Source of the DNA: Malacoraja senta
Taxonomy: Eukaryota
Length of the DNA: 64,000 bases
Direction: 5' to 3'
Assembly (NCBI GenBank): GCA_038087875.1
Contig: CM075996.1
Span: 8,372,001-8,436,000 of the forward strand
The position numbers and the translations under genes are program-made. This document shows positions 37,761-49,957 of this stretch, in pieces. Positions within the stretch are counted from its first letter, which is position 1. Every line of letters starts with the position of its first letter. Under the pieces are notes generated by a model. It saw only the letters and a program-made list of their open reading frames with translations. It searched no databases and was not told the origin of the DNA.

Positions 37761-38254
37761 TAGAATGAGGTTTAAGTTTAGGTTTATTATTGTTAGGATT
37801 TTAAATTAGGTTTAAATTATTGTTAGGCATTATGTTAGGTTTGTTGTTATTGTCACGCTTACCGTGGCAAGTCAAAGGCTTGGTTTTGCATGCTATACAA
37901 ACAGATCAGATAATACTCTCAATACAATCGAGTTAAACTCAAATGCAATAGTTTAAGAAATTGATAAAAATGAACAACAAACTACTGGAGGAACTCAATA
38001 TGTCAGGCAGCATCCGTGAAGAGAGATGGACGGACCACCTTTTGGGTCAGGACTCTTTAGCACAAGTCTGAATGAATGTCCCAACACAAAACATTGTCTG
38101 CCTGCACAGAAGCTTGAAGGCCCGCACCACCAGACTCAGGAACAGTTTCTTCCCCTCTGCTCTAAACGGTCCATCCATAAGCTAGGGCACTGTCCGATTC
38201 ACCTCTACCCCATTGAGGACATTGCACTTTGCCGAAGGGAACTGATGCACTATC

Positions 38255-38640
38255 AAATGTGTAGGAAGGAACTGCAGATACTAGTTATACCGAAGATAGA
38301 CACAAAGTGCTGGAGTAACTCAGCGGGTCAGGCAGCATCTCTGGAGAGAAGGGATGGGTGACGTTTCGGGTCGAGACCCTTCTTCAGACTGAAAGTAGAG
38401 GGGGAGGGGGAACTGGAGGTAGGGAAAGGCCAGAACAAATCAGGTCTGGGCAACAGATGACCAAAGCCCATAACGGGCCATTGTTGGATGGGGAAGAGGT
38501 GATAACCAAAGATCTTATAGGATCTTTGGTGATAACAAAGGGTTTCAAGGATGCGAACAGTGCAACTGGTAGGATGACTAAGGTGGGAGATGGGAACTAT
38601 AATGCAGAGAACTATATCCTGCACTATGAATCATCTTTAG
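38255..38640 (-). mobile_element. Penelope-like 3' UTR and terminus with hammerhead core
   Basis: gacgtttcgggtcgagacccttcttcagactga is the reverse complement of the hammerhead core, followed by PLE UTR. Confidence 0.7.
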
Positions 38641-39399
38641 TATCTTAATCATCAATAGTACTTGAATTTGAACTGATTATATCTTGGTATGGTATATCTG
38701 ATCTGTTTGGACAACATGCAAAACAAATCTTTTCTCCGTTCTCGGTTAACGTGATAATAATAAACCTAAATCTGGCCCGTTAAGTTCTTCCAGCAATTTG
38801 TTTTTTTGTTTTTTCCTCGAGATCCCAGCATCTGCAGCCTCTTGTGTATCCATTAAGGTACCGAGGGTTTGTTTTCCAAGGATCAGTTTCAAGTTTCAAA
38901 GATCAGGACAGCACGGTGGCGCAGCGGTAGAGTTGCTGCCTCACAGCGCCAGAGACCTGGGTTCAACCTGACTTCGGGTGCTGTCTGTATGGAGTTTGTA
39001 CGTTCTCCCTGTGATCTGCTCCGGTTTTCTCCGAGTGCTCTGGTTTCCTCCAACACTCCATAGATGTGCAAGTTTGTAGGTTAACTGGCTTGGTATGAAT
39101 GTAAATTGTCCGTAGTGTGTGGGACAATAATGAATTTTATTTATGGGCGCCTTATACCGAGGTCTCAAGGACACCTTACAGAGATTTATGGTTAGCATAT
39201 AATCAGAATTTAAAAAAATAAGTTATAAAGGCCAATACACAAATCAGGGACAGAATTCCTTCCAAAAACACAAAAAAGAAAATCAGAAACACAATTTGAG
39301 GAGAGAGCAGTGGCAGCGAAACCGCGCCAGCGTCCACTCTCCCCTCCGACTTGCCATGTTAATGTGTGGGGATCGCTGGTCAGCAGGGACTCTGTGAGC

Positions 39400-40115
39400 C
39401 GAAACCTTGGCGTGATATTTGACTCAGCACTGAAATTTGACAAACAAGTCAATGCCGTGGTAAAAGCTAGCTTCTTTCAGCTTCGGACGATAGCTAAAAT
39501 AAAACAATTCCTCCACTTTGATGACCTCGAAAAGATCGTCCACACATTCATCTCCTCCCGCCTAGATCACTGCAACTCCTTTACACTGGCATCAGCCAAT
39601 CTTCCCTGTCCCGCCTGCAACTGCAGCGAGACTCCTGACGGGCACCCGAAAAAGGGACCACATCACCCCGATCCTGGCCTCTCTCCACTGGCTCCCTGTG
39701 CGGTTCCGTATACATTTCAAGATCCCCCTCTATGTCTACAAAGCCCTCAATGGGCTTGCCCCCACCAACATTAAAAGTCTTCTCACCCACCACTCCACCT
39801 CCAGGTCCCTGAATATCCCGCAGTCTAGGCATAAGCTCAGGGGCGACCGCGCCTTTGCGGTTGCAGCTCCTAGACTGTGGAACAGCATCCCCCTTCCCCC
39901 AGAACTGCCCCCTCCATCGACTCCTTTAAGTCAAGACTAAAAACTTAACTATATTCCCAAGCCTTTCTTGACGTCCTCTGAGCGAGGGCTACATGTATAT
40001 ATGTATGCAGTTTGTTTGTTTATACTATTCTTATAACAAATGTAAAGCACTTTGGCCAACGAGAGTTGTTTTTTAAATGTGCTATATGAATAAATGTGAC
40101 TTGACTTGACGACTT
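39400..40115 (+). mobile_element. L2-clade LINE 3' fragment
   Basis: RNLGVIFDSALKFDKQVNAVVKASFFQLR...ISSRLDHCNS, LHWLPV, GDRAFAVAAPRLWNS; (acttg)n tail. Confidence 0.9.
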
Positions 40116-40151
40116 GAAAGACCTGTTTCTGCGCTGTATCTCTAAACTAAA

Positions 40152-40581
40152 CTAAACTAAACCAACAGTACTGGTCTAGAACTGGTCTGCAAGCAAATGA
40201 GTTGAAAAAAACATGCTTTGTTTTGATGAGGTTCAGTTATGAAATTTCTTTGACACATAGAATTCAAATCAAAATGAGGAGAGCATTTACCACAGCACGG
40301 TTTAATTTTGTCACTGAGCTTTTGTCTAATGATGTTGTGGACAGTATTGTGTGCAAGGGTCTGTAGTGAGCAACATGTGGAAACCCTGAGCCTTGCACGT
40401 AATACTGTCTACAGCATCATTAGACAAAAGCTCAGCTACCAAATCACACCGTGCTGTGGTAAATGTTCCCCTCATTTTGATTTAAATTCTGCGTGACAAA
40501 GACATTTCAGAACTCCGTAACTAATCAAAACTCATTTGCTTGCAGAGACGTTCTAGACCAGAACTGCTGCTTTTAGTTTAG
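40152..40581. repeat. Long imperfect inverted repeat (about 200 bp arms, about 32 nt loop)
   Basis: ctggtctagaac...catttaccacagcacgg...ctgagcttttgtctaatgatg is mirrored by catcattagacaaaagctcag...ccgtgctgtggtaaatg...gttctagaccag. Confidence 0.9.
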
Positions 40582-40596
40582 GCGTAATTTAGTTTA

Positions 40597-41468
40597 TGGG
40601 CCTGTCCCACTTAAAGCCCTGTCCCACTGTACGAGTTAATTCAAGAGTTCTCCCGAGTTTGCCCTGATTCGAACTCGGAGATTTACGGTAATGGCCGCTC
40701 GTAGGTACTCAGGGCTCTCGAGGACATTTTTCAACATGTTGAAAAATCTTCACGAATCTTCACGAGCTTACCGCGTTTCCCAAGTACCTGCCGTTAGCGT
40801 TACGAGCCGCTAAGAGACGTCCCCGAGCTCCGACGTACCCGCTACGTACATTCTACCTGCTTACCACGAGTTTGATTTTTTTTTAAACTCGGGAGAGCTC
40901 TTGAATGAACTCGTATAGTGGGACAGGGCTTTTAGGCAATTTTTTCAGCAACTGCTGGCGAATGTCATAATCATAGCAGGTCCCCGAAAAAACGGCGACT
41001 GGACCCCCCTATGACAATGTCTACAACAATGTCTACAACAACCTACCTCCTAGTCGACGTCAAGCTGCGGCAAGCTACCGACAACCGACGTCCCATTAGG
41101 ACGTCCACATACGACCACACCTACGACAACCTACGTCCACCCGCGACAAGCTACGACAAGGTAAGACAATTCAGTCGCCGGTTGACGTAGGTTGACGTAG
41201 GTAGTCGCCAATGGAATTCACCAATTCACCAATACCTACGGCATCCTGGCGACAGCACCTACGTCAGGCTACGATCGTTGGCGTCAAGCCCACGGGTGCT
41301 GACTGTCGCCGAAATGTTTTGAACATTTCAAAATCCAGTGGCGACCAGAAAAAACGTACGACTCTTTCAGCGACTGAGGAGACCATACAGGCGACACCCC
41401 GGCAACCATGTGGCGACAGCCTAGTCGCCTGTAGTCGCCTAAAAAATCGCCTAAGTGGGACAGGCCCA
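40597..41468. mobile_element. PIF/Harbinger MITE (outer)
   Basis: TIRs tgggcctgtcccactta / taagtgggacaggccca; TTA TSD at 40594-96 and 41469-71. Confidence 0.85.
40614..40931. mobile_element. PIF/Harbinger MITE (inner, nested in the left TIR of the outer element)
   Basis: TIRs aagccctgtcccactgtacgag / ctcgtatagtgggacagggctt; TTA TSD at 40611-13 and 40932-34. Confidence 0.85.
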
Positions 41469-42279
41469 TTAGTTTAGTTCCTCATCTCCTTTCTAAAGGT
41501 ACGTACTTTTATTCTGAAGCTGTGCCCTCGTGTCCTAGACTCTCCGACTAATGGAAACATCCTCTCCACATCCATTCTATTTTTAGAGATGCAGCATGGA
41601 AACAGGCCCTTTGGCCCACCGAGTCCACGCCGACCAGTGATCACCCGTTCACGCTAGTTCTATGTTATCCCACTTTCGTATCCCACTCCCTACACACTAA
41701 GGACAATTTATAGAGGGCAATTAACCTGAAAGCATGTCTTTGGGATGTGGGGAGAAACTGGAGCACCCGGAGAAAACCCACGCGGTCACAGGGAGAACGT
41801 GCAAACTCTGTACAGTCATCATCTGAGGTCTGGATCGAATGCGGGTGCCTTCTTCAGACTGATTGTGGGGGGTGAGGACTGGCGAGTGATCGATGGATCA
41901 GAACACGGACGTAGAACAGGAGAGCAGCAGCAGAACAAAGAAGAACCGGCATGGGATACTTTGCTACTTTGTCAGTGCCCTTTATGTGGCGACTCTTTGC
42001 ATACCTTGTGTATGCAAAATAATGAATTTCACTGTGACTTATCCCGTGACAATAAAATTCATTCATTCATTCAGTCAGGAATCACGGAGGGATGGGGGTG
42101 GGGGGGTCAGTGAGGGAGGGTCTCACAGAACTCTCAATCGGCGATCCGCAATTACTTGTGAAATCTCCTCAAGCTTTGCCTTACTTGAAGTTCGCTTCCT
42201 CTCTCCCTCGGGAGTTCAGTCTTTTGTCCTTTTCATCTCTGGACTTTGTCCACCCACCAATGCCCTCACCTGTATCCAG

Positions 42280-43085
42280 AAACACCAGTGACCGCTGCAA
42301 AAGGGCAGCTGACAACCTAGTGACGGCCTGGAGAGACTGCTGACCAGAGGGAATAGACCTCACCGGGGCTGGCATGGGCTAGCTCCTCATGGCAGCAGGA
42401 TCCATCGCTAATCAGCGTTTTGGATCCACCCTTATATTGCTATGGAAGGAATCGACTATAAATAAGACAACTAGCACAGCAATTGACAGAGCAGCAGCAC
42501 CGGCAGGACATAAGCTATGAAGCTGCATCTGTGTCTGGGAAAAGATAACATCACAGAAGGGTCTCAAGATCTACCAGGACAGGAAAAAGTGCCTGAGAGA
42601 GCTTGGTGAGGGGCCTCGCATTGACCATTACTTTCTAAGAGGTAGGCCAAATCAGTCGAGTGAAGCCCAGTGACAGGTTAACCACCACAGTCCACAGGGT
42701 ATCCCAGGCGAAGCTCAGCCAAGTACTGTCCCACCAACGCACACGAGTCCAGAGCCCAACCAGCCACAGTCAGCAGTAGAGAGGAAGATGGAAGGAAAAA
42801 AGCCGAATGGAGCAGTCACTGGCTGTGGCTGAAGAGAAAAGATGCAGTCTGGGCTGCCACGTGACCATCTAGAGGCTAACCATAAGACACACACCCAGGT
42901 CTGATCACCCTGCGGTGGGCCTGCCTCGACTGAGGGTGTCTTGTGATAAAAGGACGAAACACCCAGTGACGTTGAGGTACACAACTGAAGATGTGTCTGA
43001 TTGGTAGCAAAATCACCTAGTGGTCATCCCCAAGAATACCAAATGTCAATTGTAGTGAAAAACCTTAGGATTGTAACATCCAGTC
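42280..43085 (+). mobile_element. Internally deleted HERO-like (RLE clade) non-LTR element
   Basis: Decayed N-terminal zinc finger CICVWEKITSQKGLKIYQDRKKCLRELGEGPRIDHYFLR...QSSEAQ*QVNHHSPQ joined to a HERO-type 3' end (gagggtgtc...gaaacaccc...ctgaagatgtgtc); family assignment from memory. Confidence 0.7.
42924..42998 (+). ncRNA. Predicted non-circularly permuted (pseudoknot) hammerhead ribozyme
   Basis: Stem III gggtgt/acaccc with GTC at 42938-40 and GAAA at 42956-59; stem I ttgtg/cacaa; CTGAAGA at 42985-91; stem II ggac/gtct. Confidence 0.65.
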
Positions 43086-43852
43086 CTACTAATCAATCAC
43101 CTGTCACTCACTAGGCTTTGTCCAGCCCTCACCATTCTTCCACTTTTCTCTTCACACCACAATCCGTCTGAGGAAGGAGCCTGACCCAAACATCCTTGTT
43201 CTCAGAGATGTGCCTGTCACGCTGAGTTACTCCAGCATTTTGTGTCATACAAATAGGTATTGCCAAGAGTCAAAAAGTGTTTTATTGTCATATGTCCCAG
43301 AGCAATAGAACAATGTAATTCTTACTTGCAGCAGCACAACAGAACATGTAAACATAGTACACTGTAAACAATATAATAAACGAGAAAAAAAGAAGTTCAC
43401 TGTGTTTATATATACATACTCACATATGCACATATATATATATACACCCCTGCCATCGGGAAGAAGGTACAGGAGTCTGAAAACTGTGATGTTCAGGTTC
43501 AGGAACTGCTTTTTTCCTACAGCCATTAGGCTATTAAACACTACAACCTCCAAATAAGCTCTGACATAGACTATTATTGTTATTATTGTACTATTATGGT
43601 TTGTTTTTTATGTGTGCATGTATATAAATATCTATACATACTGGGGATGTGCTATACAGAGAGGGTTCCAACCCAATACATTGCTTGTCATGTTCTCCAG
43701 AGATGCTGTCTGACCAACTGTATTAGTCCAGCACTTTGTGGGTTTTTTCCAAAGGCAAAAATGACCCGTGAAGAGAATGAGCACTGACTCGGGGAAAGAA
43801 GGTGGTGGATGAGGTCTCGACTCAACAAGACCAGGATAAGCTGAATTAAAAC

Positions 43853-44440
43853 CAGTGCCGGAGGCGTGACAGGCTGAAGCCTAGGACCTCAAAATCTAGG
43901 GGGGCTCTGGCCAAGGTGTATAGATATTTTGACACAGTCATAGGCCTTTCTTACATATGCTGTCACAATGCACTGTAGTCTCTAAACAACCTTCAGTAAT
44001 TTTCCTTGCCCTCCATTTCAGATAATACTGTTTTAAGCCGATAACTCGACACTAGCACCGGCAATAATAATTAAAAAAAAAACACAGCTTTCCAGTCCCT
44101 TATCTCATTGGCCTCGCTCAATCTGGTGGCACCGGGGTCTGGCAAACTTTCACACATGCTCCAGTAAGCAGCGATGGCGGGTGCTGGGAACATCTTTGGA
44201 TACTTGCAGGCTTCAAAAGTAAAAACACAGGGGCAAGTAGGAAAGTGCAAAGATATTTGAACTAGGAAGTTGGCAAGGAGCAATGCTAGGGTAGAGCTGA
44301 TAATCGTTGCTAGAAACCTTCTGTGTTGTCTGTGGCTGCCACTGTCAGATTAGTAATAAAACTAAGCTTATTTGTGGGGATTGGGAGGGGCCTCACAAGT
44401 GGAATATCCTAGGGCCTCTCTTCATCTAAATCCGGCACTG
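43853..44440. mobile_element. hAT non-autonomous DNA transposon
   Basis: TIRs cagtgccgga / tccggcactg; perfect 8-bp TSD attaaaac (43845-52, 44441-48). Confidence 0.9.
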
Positions 44441-45547
44441 ATTAAAACACAGAAACTCCCTGAGCAATCAGGCTCCATCAGCGCCAGAGACCCGGGTTCT
44501 ATCCTGACCTTGGCTGCGGTCTGTGTGGAGTTTGCACGCTCTCCCTGTGACCGTGTGGGTTTTCCTCCGGATGCTCTGGTTTCCTCCCACATCCAAAGGC
44601 GTGCGGGTTTGTAGGTTCATTGGCCCTCTATAAATTGCCCCAGTGTGTATGGAATGGATGAGAAAGTGGGGATAGTGGTGATATTTAATTCCTTCCTATC
44701 ATTATCCAGTGTTAAAAGCGTGGATGGGTGACATTGGAGAGTAGATGGTCTTGTCAGAGATATAAGTGGATTTGTAGGATTGGCGGGATTGCTGTGGCTG
44801 CCACAGTATACTCACTCGGAGGTCAAATGAATGCTCTTAATGTTGTGATGATATGTGGGGGGGGGGGAAAATCAGAAAATAATATTCAAGAGAGAAAGTT
44901 TAAATATGCAGCACAATGGTGCAGCTGGTAGAACCGCTGCCTCACAGGTCAGATACCCAGGTTCGATCCTGACCTTGGGTGCTGTCTGTGCAGAGCTTGT
45001 ACGTTCTCCCTGTGACCGTATGGGTTTTCTCCGGGTGCTCTGGTTTCCTCCCACATCCAAAGCCATGAGGGTTTGTTGGTTAATTGGCCATCTGTAAATT
45101 GCCCCTAATGCGTAGAGAGGTGATGAAATTTGGGATAACATAGAACTACTATCTACCTCATTGGTGGCCCTTGGACTATCCTCGGTCAGACTTTGCTGGC
45201 TTTACCTTGCACTAAACGTTAATTCCCTTATCATGTATCTATACATTGTGAATGGCTCGATTTGGATCATGCATTGTCTTTCGCTGACTGGAGAGCATGA
45301 AACGAAACCTTTTCACTGTACCTTGGTACACGTGACAATAAACAAAACTAGCTAAGCTAGTGTGAACATGGTGATCGATGGTCGGCATGGGGCGAAGGGC
45401 CTGTTTCCATGCTGCATCTCTAAACGAAACCTAACCTGTCTCTCCAGGTGGACCCCTGTAGCCAAACCAGCAGCGGGGACAGGCTTAAATAAACCATATC
45501 AACGGGTTCAGGCGGTGGTATTTACAAGTAGTCGACCTCGCTCTGTG

Positions 45548-45748
45548 TTAAAGAAGGAACTGCAGATGCTGGAAAATCGAAGGTACACAAAAATGCTGGA
45601 GAAACTCAGCGGGTGCAGCAGCATCTATGGAGCGAAGGAAAATAGGCAACGTTTCGGGCCTAAAGAAGGGTTTCGGCCGAAACGTTGCCTATTTCCTTCG
45701 CTCCATAGATGCTGCTGCACCCGCTGAGTTTCTCCAGCATTTTTATGG
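45548..45748. mobile_element. Palindromic Penelope-derived mini-element
   Basis: Inverted arms; 14-bp TSD gacctcgctctgtg (45534-47, 45749-62). Confidence 0.75.
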
Positions 45749-46559
45749 GACCTCGCTCTGTGGTCAGGTTTAACCTGCCAAGGAGCTGTGAGGAAACACT
45801 AGACTGAAGATCTGAAGAAGGTCTCAACCCGAACATCACCCATTCCTTCTCTCCAGATGCTGCCTGTCCCGCTGAGGTACTCCGCATTTTGTGTCTATCT
45901 TGGGTTTAAACCAGCATCTGCAGTTCCTTTGTACAGAAGACTCTACAATAGGCTTGAGAGAAGATTAAGGATATTACCCTGGTTCCAAGTCTGAATTCAG
46001 GCACAAGACCTTTGAAAGTGTTTTTTTTAAAATAATTTCGGAATATACAATCTGAAGAAGGGTTTCAGCCCGAAACGTTGCCTATTCGGATTCGGATTCG
46101 GATTCGGCCGCTGGACTGGCTTACCGTCGCCTGGCGGGGCCACAGCATCAGAAGCCTGGATCGCCTCAGCGCAGAGGGAGAAGAAAGCGGGAAGAGACAG
46201 AGACTTTAAGACTTTTGCCTCCATCACAGCGAGGAGGTGCCTGGTGAACTCACTGTGGTGGATGTTAATTGTGTTTATTGTGTGTTTTGTCATTTATTAT
46301 TATATGTATGACTGCAGGCAACGAAATTTCGTTCAGACGAAAGGTACTGAATGACAAATAAAGGAATCTCTCTCTATCTCTCTCATCTCTCTCTATTTCC
46401 TTCGCTCCATAGATGCTGCCTCACACCGCTGAGTTTCTCTCAGCATTTTTGTCTACCTTCGATTTTCCAGCATCTGCAGTTCCTTCTTGAACAATATACA
46501 ATCTACCTCCTTCTGACTCTCCAGCAAAGATTATAGAGCAGAGTATCCTCTATTATAGA

Positions 46560-47200
46560 GCTCCTCTAGTATCTTTGCTCTCCAGGCCGCCAGTGGTTTC
46601 GAGATGGTGGTGCGGTCGCGCTTTGGCGCCGTGATTATTGGTGCGCGCGGGGCCGCCGTGCCCTCCCCTCCTCCCCCCCCCTGAGCGCAGCGCGGCCATG
46701 GCGGACTCCTCGCTGGACGACATCATCCGGAGGCGCGGCTTGCGCCTCAAGGGCCGGTGAGGCAGTTTGCGGGCCGGGTTCGGGGTCCTGGAGTGGGGAG
46801 CGGGGTCCCGGGACGGTGACGGTGCCGGGGGGGAGTGGGGGAGGCGCATCTCCCGCGGACTCGGGCCTTGGAGACGGGCTGTGACTGGGCCCGGAGCCGG
46901 GGACTCGGGCCCGGAGAGACGGGTGTGGGGATCCCGGGGCGGCGGAGGTCTGAGGGTCCGGGGTCGCAGGGCCGCGGGGAGCCGCCTCCACCGGGACTTG
47001 GGCCTTTGGAGACGGGTGGGGATCGGGGAGCGGAGCCGCCTCTCCACCCGGACTCGGGCTTGTGTTGTATGTTGTAGGCGGCTGAGGGTTCGGGGAGACT
47101 GGAGCCCGGGCCCTGCTCCCGCCCCCTGTCTCTGGACGACCGCTACCGGTTCTGTGGGTGAGCCGGGACGGGTTGTCGCCAGCGAAGCGGGGCCCCTTGT
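46560..47200 (+). promoter_or_regulatory. POLDIP3 CpG-island promoter
   Basis: CpG-dense; E2F-like tttggcgc (46622-29), inverted CCAAT (attgg), Kozak context gccATGg. Confidence 0.8.
46698..46756 (+). CDS. POLDIP3: Polymerase delta-interacting protein 3 (SKAR), exon 1
   Basis: MADSSLDDIIRRRGLRLKG(R) versus human MADISLDELIRKRGAAAKGR; phase-2 donor cg|gtgagg. Confidence 0.92.
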
Positions 47201-48582
47201 CTCATCATTTTAGTAAAGATAGACACAAAATGCTGAAGTAACTCAGCGGGACAGGCAGCATCTTTGGAGAGGAGGAATGGGTGATGCAGAGTAGCTACAC
47301 ATCTTGGCTCTAAGCTTTGCTGCAGCTATGAATAAAGAGCTTTACCACATTCATCATTTAGTAATAAATCCCTAAAGCTTTGCATTTTTTTCATAGCACT
47401 CAGAACTTCACTTGCAAATAGGACACATTGTACTCAGTCTTATTTTTTTTCAAGCCTTCCCTTATGCTTGTCCTCTATCCCTGCGTTTAGATAGTCCCGA
47501 TCCCAAAAGCCTTTTCATAACTTTCACAACCTGACCTGCTACTTTCAATGAATACAGTTCCTCTGTTCTTCGAATTGGAAATTAAAAAAAACCCTACAGA
47601 TGATGGACATCTGAAATAAAAACAGGAAATGAATGGGCAGCATATGTGGAAATACAGAGTCAATATTTTAGGTTGAGTCCCTGCATGTAATCTGGATCTC
47701 TGGATGTTGTACGCTGAAAAACTCTTAAGTTGAGCATCACTTTGCACTATGATGGTGATGGACAAGCTAGTCAAGATGGAGATGCTTTTGGAGTGCATCT
47801 TTGTATGTGTTGATGTTTTGGAGATCTCTGATGCTGGCTGGAAGGGGTATTCCGATCCTTACTGTCTTGAAGAAAAACGAGTTAGAAAGTGCTAATGAAG
47901 TGCGGAATGGAAATAATTTCCAGGTTGGTAGCTTCTGGTTGACATGCCTATGGGTGCTTGGGTTAACTGGATGTGGTCCCTCCATCTTTATATATATATA
48001 GTGGTATTCTTGATCTTGTGGAATGTTGTCAGTCTGATGAACTTGCAACGAGTAGTAGGTGGATGAAGTTTAAGGTCCTTTATCATCTGTACCCTACGAG
48101 TGATTTCATCGTATGTCCTGAAACGGAACAATAAAAGTTACTTGTTGCATCTAACAACTCTTTAATTTTTCGCGCTAAAATGTAACACTTCACTTTTTCT
48201 GAAGAATGGTCCTGACCCAAACGTCACCCATCCTTTTTATCCAAAGATGCTGCCTGGCCCGCTGAGTTACTCCAGCGCTTTGTGTCTATCTTTGTGTAAA
48301 CCAGCATCTGCAGTTCTTTGTTTCTATGAAATGCTGATCTGTATCTCGTTGAAATCTCCAATTTTAAATTGTGGTCCTAGTACTGACACTGGGGAATTCC
48401 ACTATCCTCTTCCCTTCAATCTGAAAAAAAAAAAAACAGCCTACTGCAGCAAGACATCGAGCTGTTCAGTATGGAAAGAGGCCCTTCCATTCTTTGGGTC
48501 TGTGTTGACATTCAGGCAGCAGTTTACACTAATCTAATTTTATTCTTCCACCTTTTTGCCATCAACTTCCCACCACATACAA

Positions 48583-48616
<34 letters not shown>

Positions 48617-48699
48617 TCTTTTATTGTTATTGCACATAGGTGCAACGAGATTGGTATGCAGCTTCGCAGGCCGATGTCATAACGTTAAAGCAACGAATA

Positions 48700-49050
48700 A
48701 AATCTTAGATACCCCGAGAACAATGATTTATAAAAAGAACAGTAAAATTAGTCTAAAGTGCAATATGTCTGGGCCGGGTCGATGTGCGACATGACATCCG
48801 AGGGAGACAGTTCATGGGGGTGGGGCGCACTCAGTAGGGCCGGTTCAGAGCAGCGATAGCTCTGGGGATGAAGCTGTTCCTGAGTCTGGAGGTGCGGGCA
48901 TAGAAGGCTTGTAACGTCTGCCGGAAGGTAGGAGTTCGAACAGTCTGATACAAGGGTGTGAGGAGTCTTTGTGGATGCTGACGGCCTTCCTGAGGCACCA
49001 TGTGTAGTAGATGCCCTCCAAGGCTGGTAGCTGTGTCCCAATAATCTTCT
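48700..49050 (-). mobile_element. Rex1/Babar LINE 3' fragment
   Basis: KIIGTQLPALEGIY...IHKDSSHPCIRLFELLPSGRRY; (aat)n tail near 48590. Confidence 0.8.
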
Positions 49051-49957
49051 GCCAGTGAACCAACCAGCCCACATGCCTGTTGGAAGTGGGAGGAAACTAG
49101 TACTGTTCAGTCTGCCAAGGGACTATTGGATCTCCCAGTTGCTCACCATTTTTAACTCCCTCCCCATTCCCACACTGACCTTTCACCACCCCTTCAACAA
49201 GCTTTATAGTTCACACTATGTATTTCTGTTGGCTTGCACCTGTTTCTATCCAACAATCTGCCCATCAGTGAATTCTCTCGCCAAGGTCATCTGTTGCCTG
49301 CTGTGATTTGTCCAGGACCCTCCTAACTCCTGCTCCCACCTCCAACCCCCCTCCCCCTCCCCACAAGCATTGAAAGGAATTTTCTCCAGTGATACCACCT
49401 GGCCCATTGAGTTCCCCCAGTATTTTGTGTCTATCTTGGGAATACTGTGAGTTCAGGAATACCGTGGTCTCTGGAGCAGTCAGCTCTGTTCGCTGTGCAG
49501 TGCCACTATTCTGTTCAATGAATTGTAGATCATCAGATCTTTGGAATTACTGACTTTCAATTTCACTGTAGATAATAATCGTGGAATAAGACATGAAGAC
49601 TAAGTAGCTCTGGAAAATTAATGGGGATATGTTGGGATAGTCTGCATTATAGTAGAGGAGTTGCTGGAAGTCTTTTAAAATGCATGATAGGTTGATAAAT
49701 CTCTGGGGATTGATCAAATATATCCAAGAACACTGTGCAAAGCTAGAAAATAGATTGTGGGAGCACTGGCTATATAAGTCCATCATTGGCCAGGGGTGAA
49801 GGTACAGTAGAGTCGAAAATAGCTAATGCACCTTTATTCAAGGAGGAATGCAAAGAAAAGATTGTAAACTAATCCGATTCGATGAATTGGGAACACGTGT
49901 ATTTAGGCGGGATGAATTGGTTGTACAGTAATGCAGTTCCAATCGGGAACGAGAGAG

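Noticed and set aside
46553..47213. Long ORFs over the POLDIP3 CpG island
   Set aside because: GC-rich artefacts; the real exon is 59 coding nt and ends at a donor.
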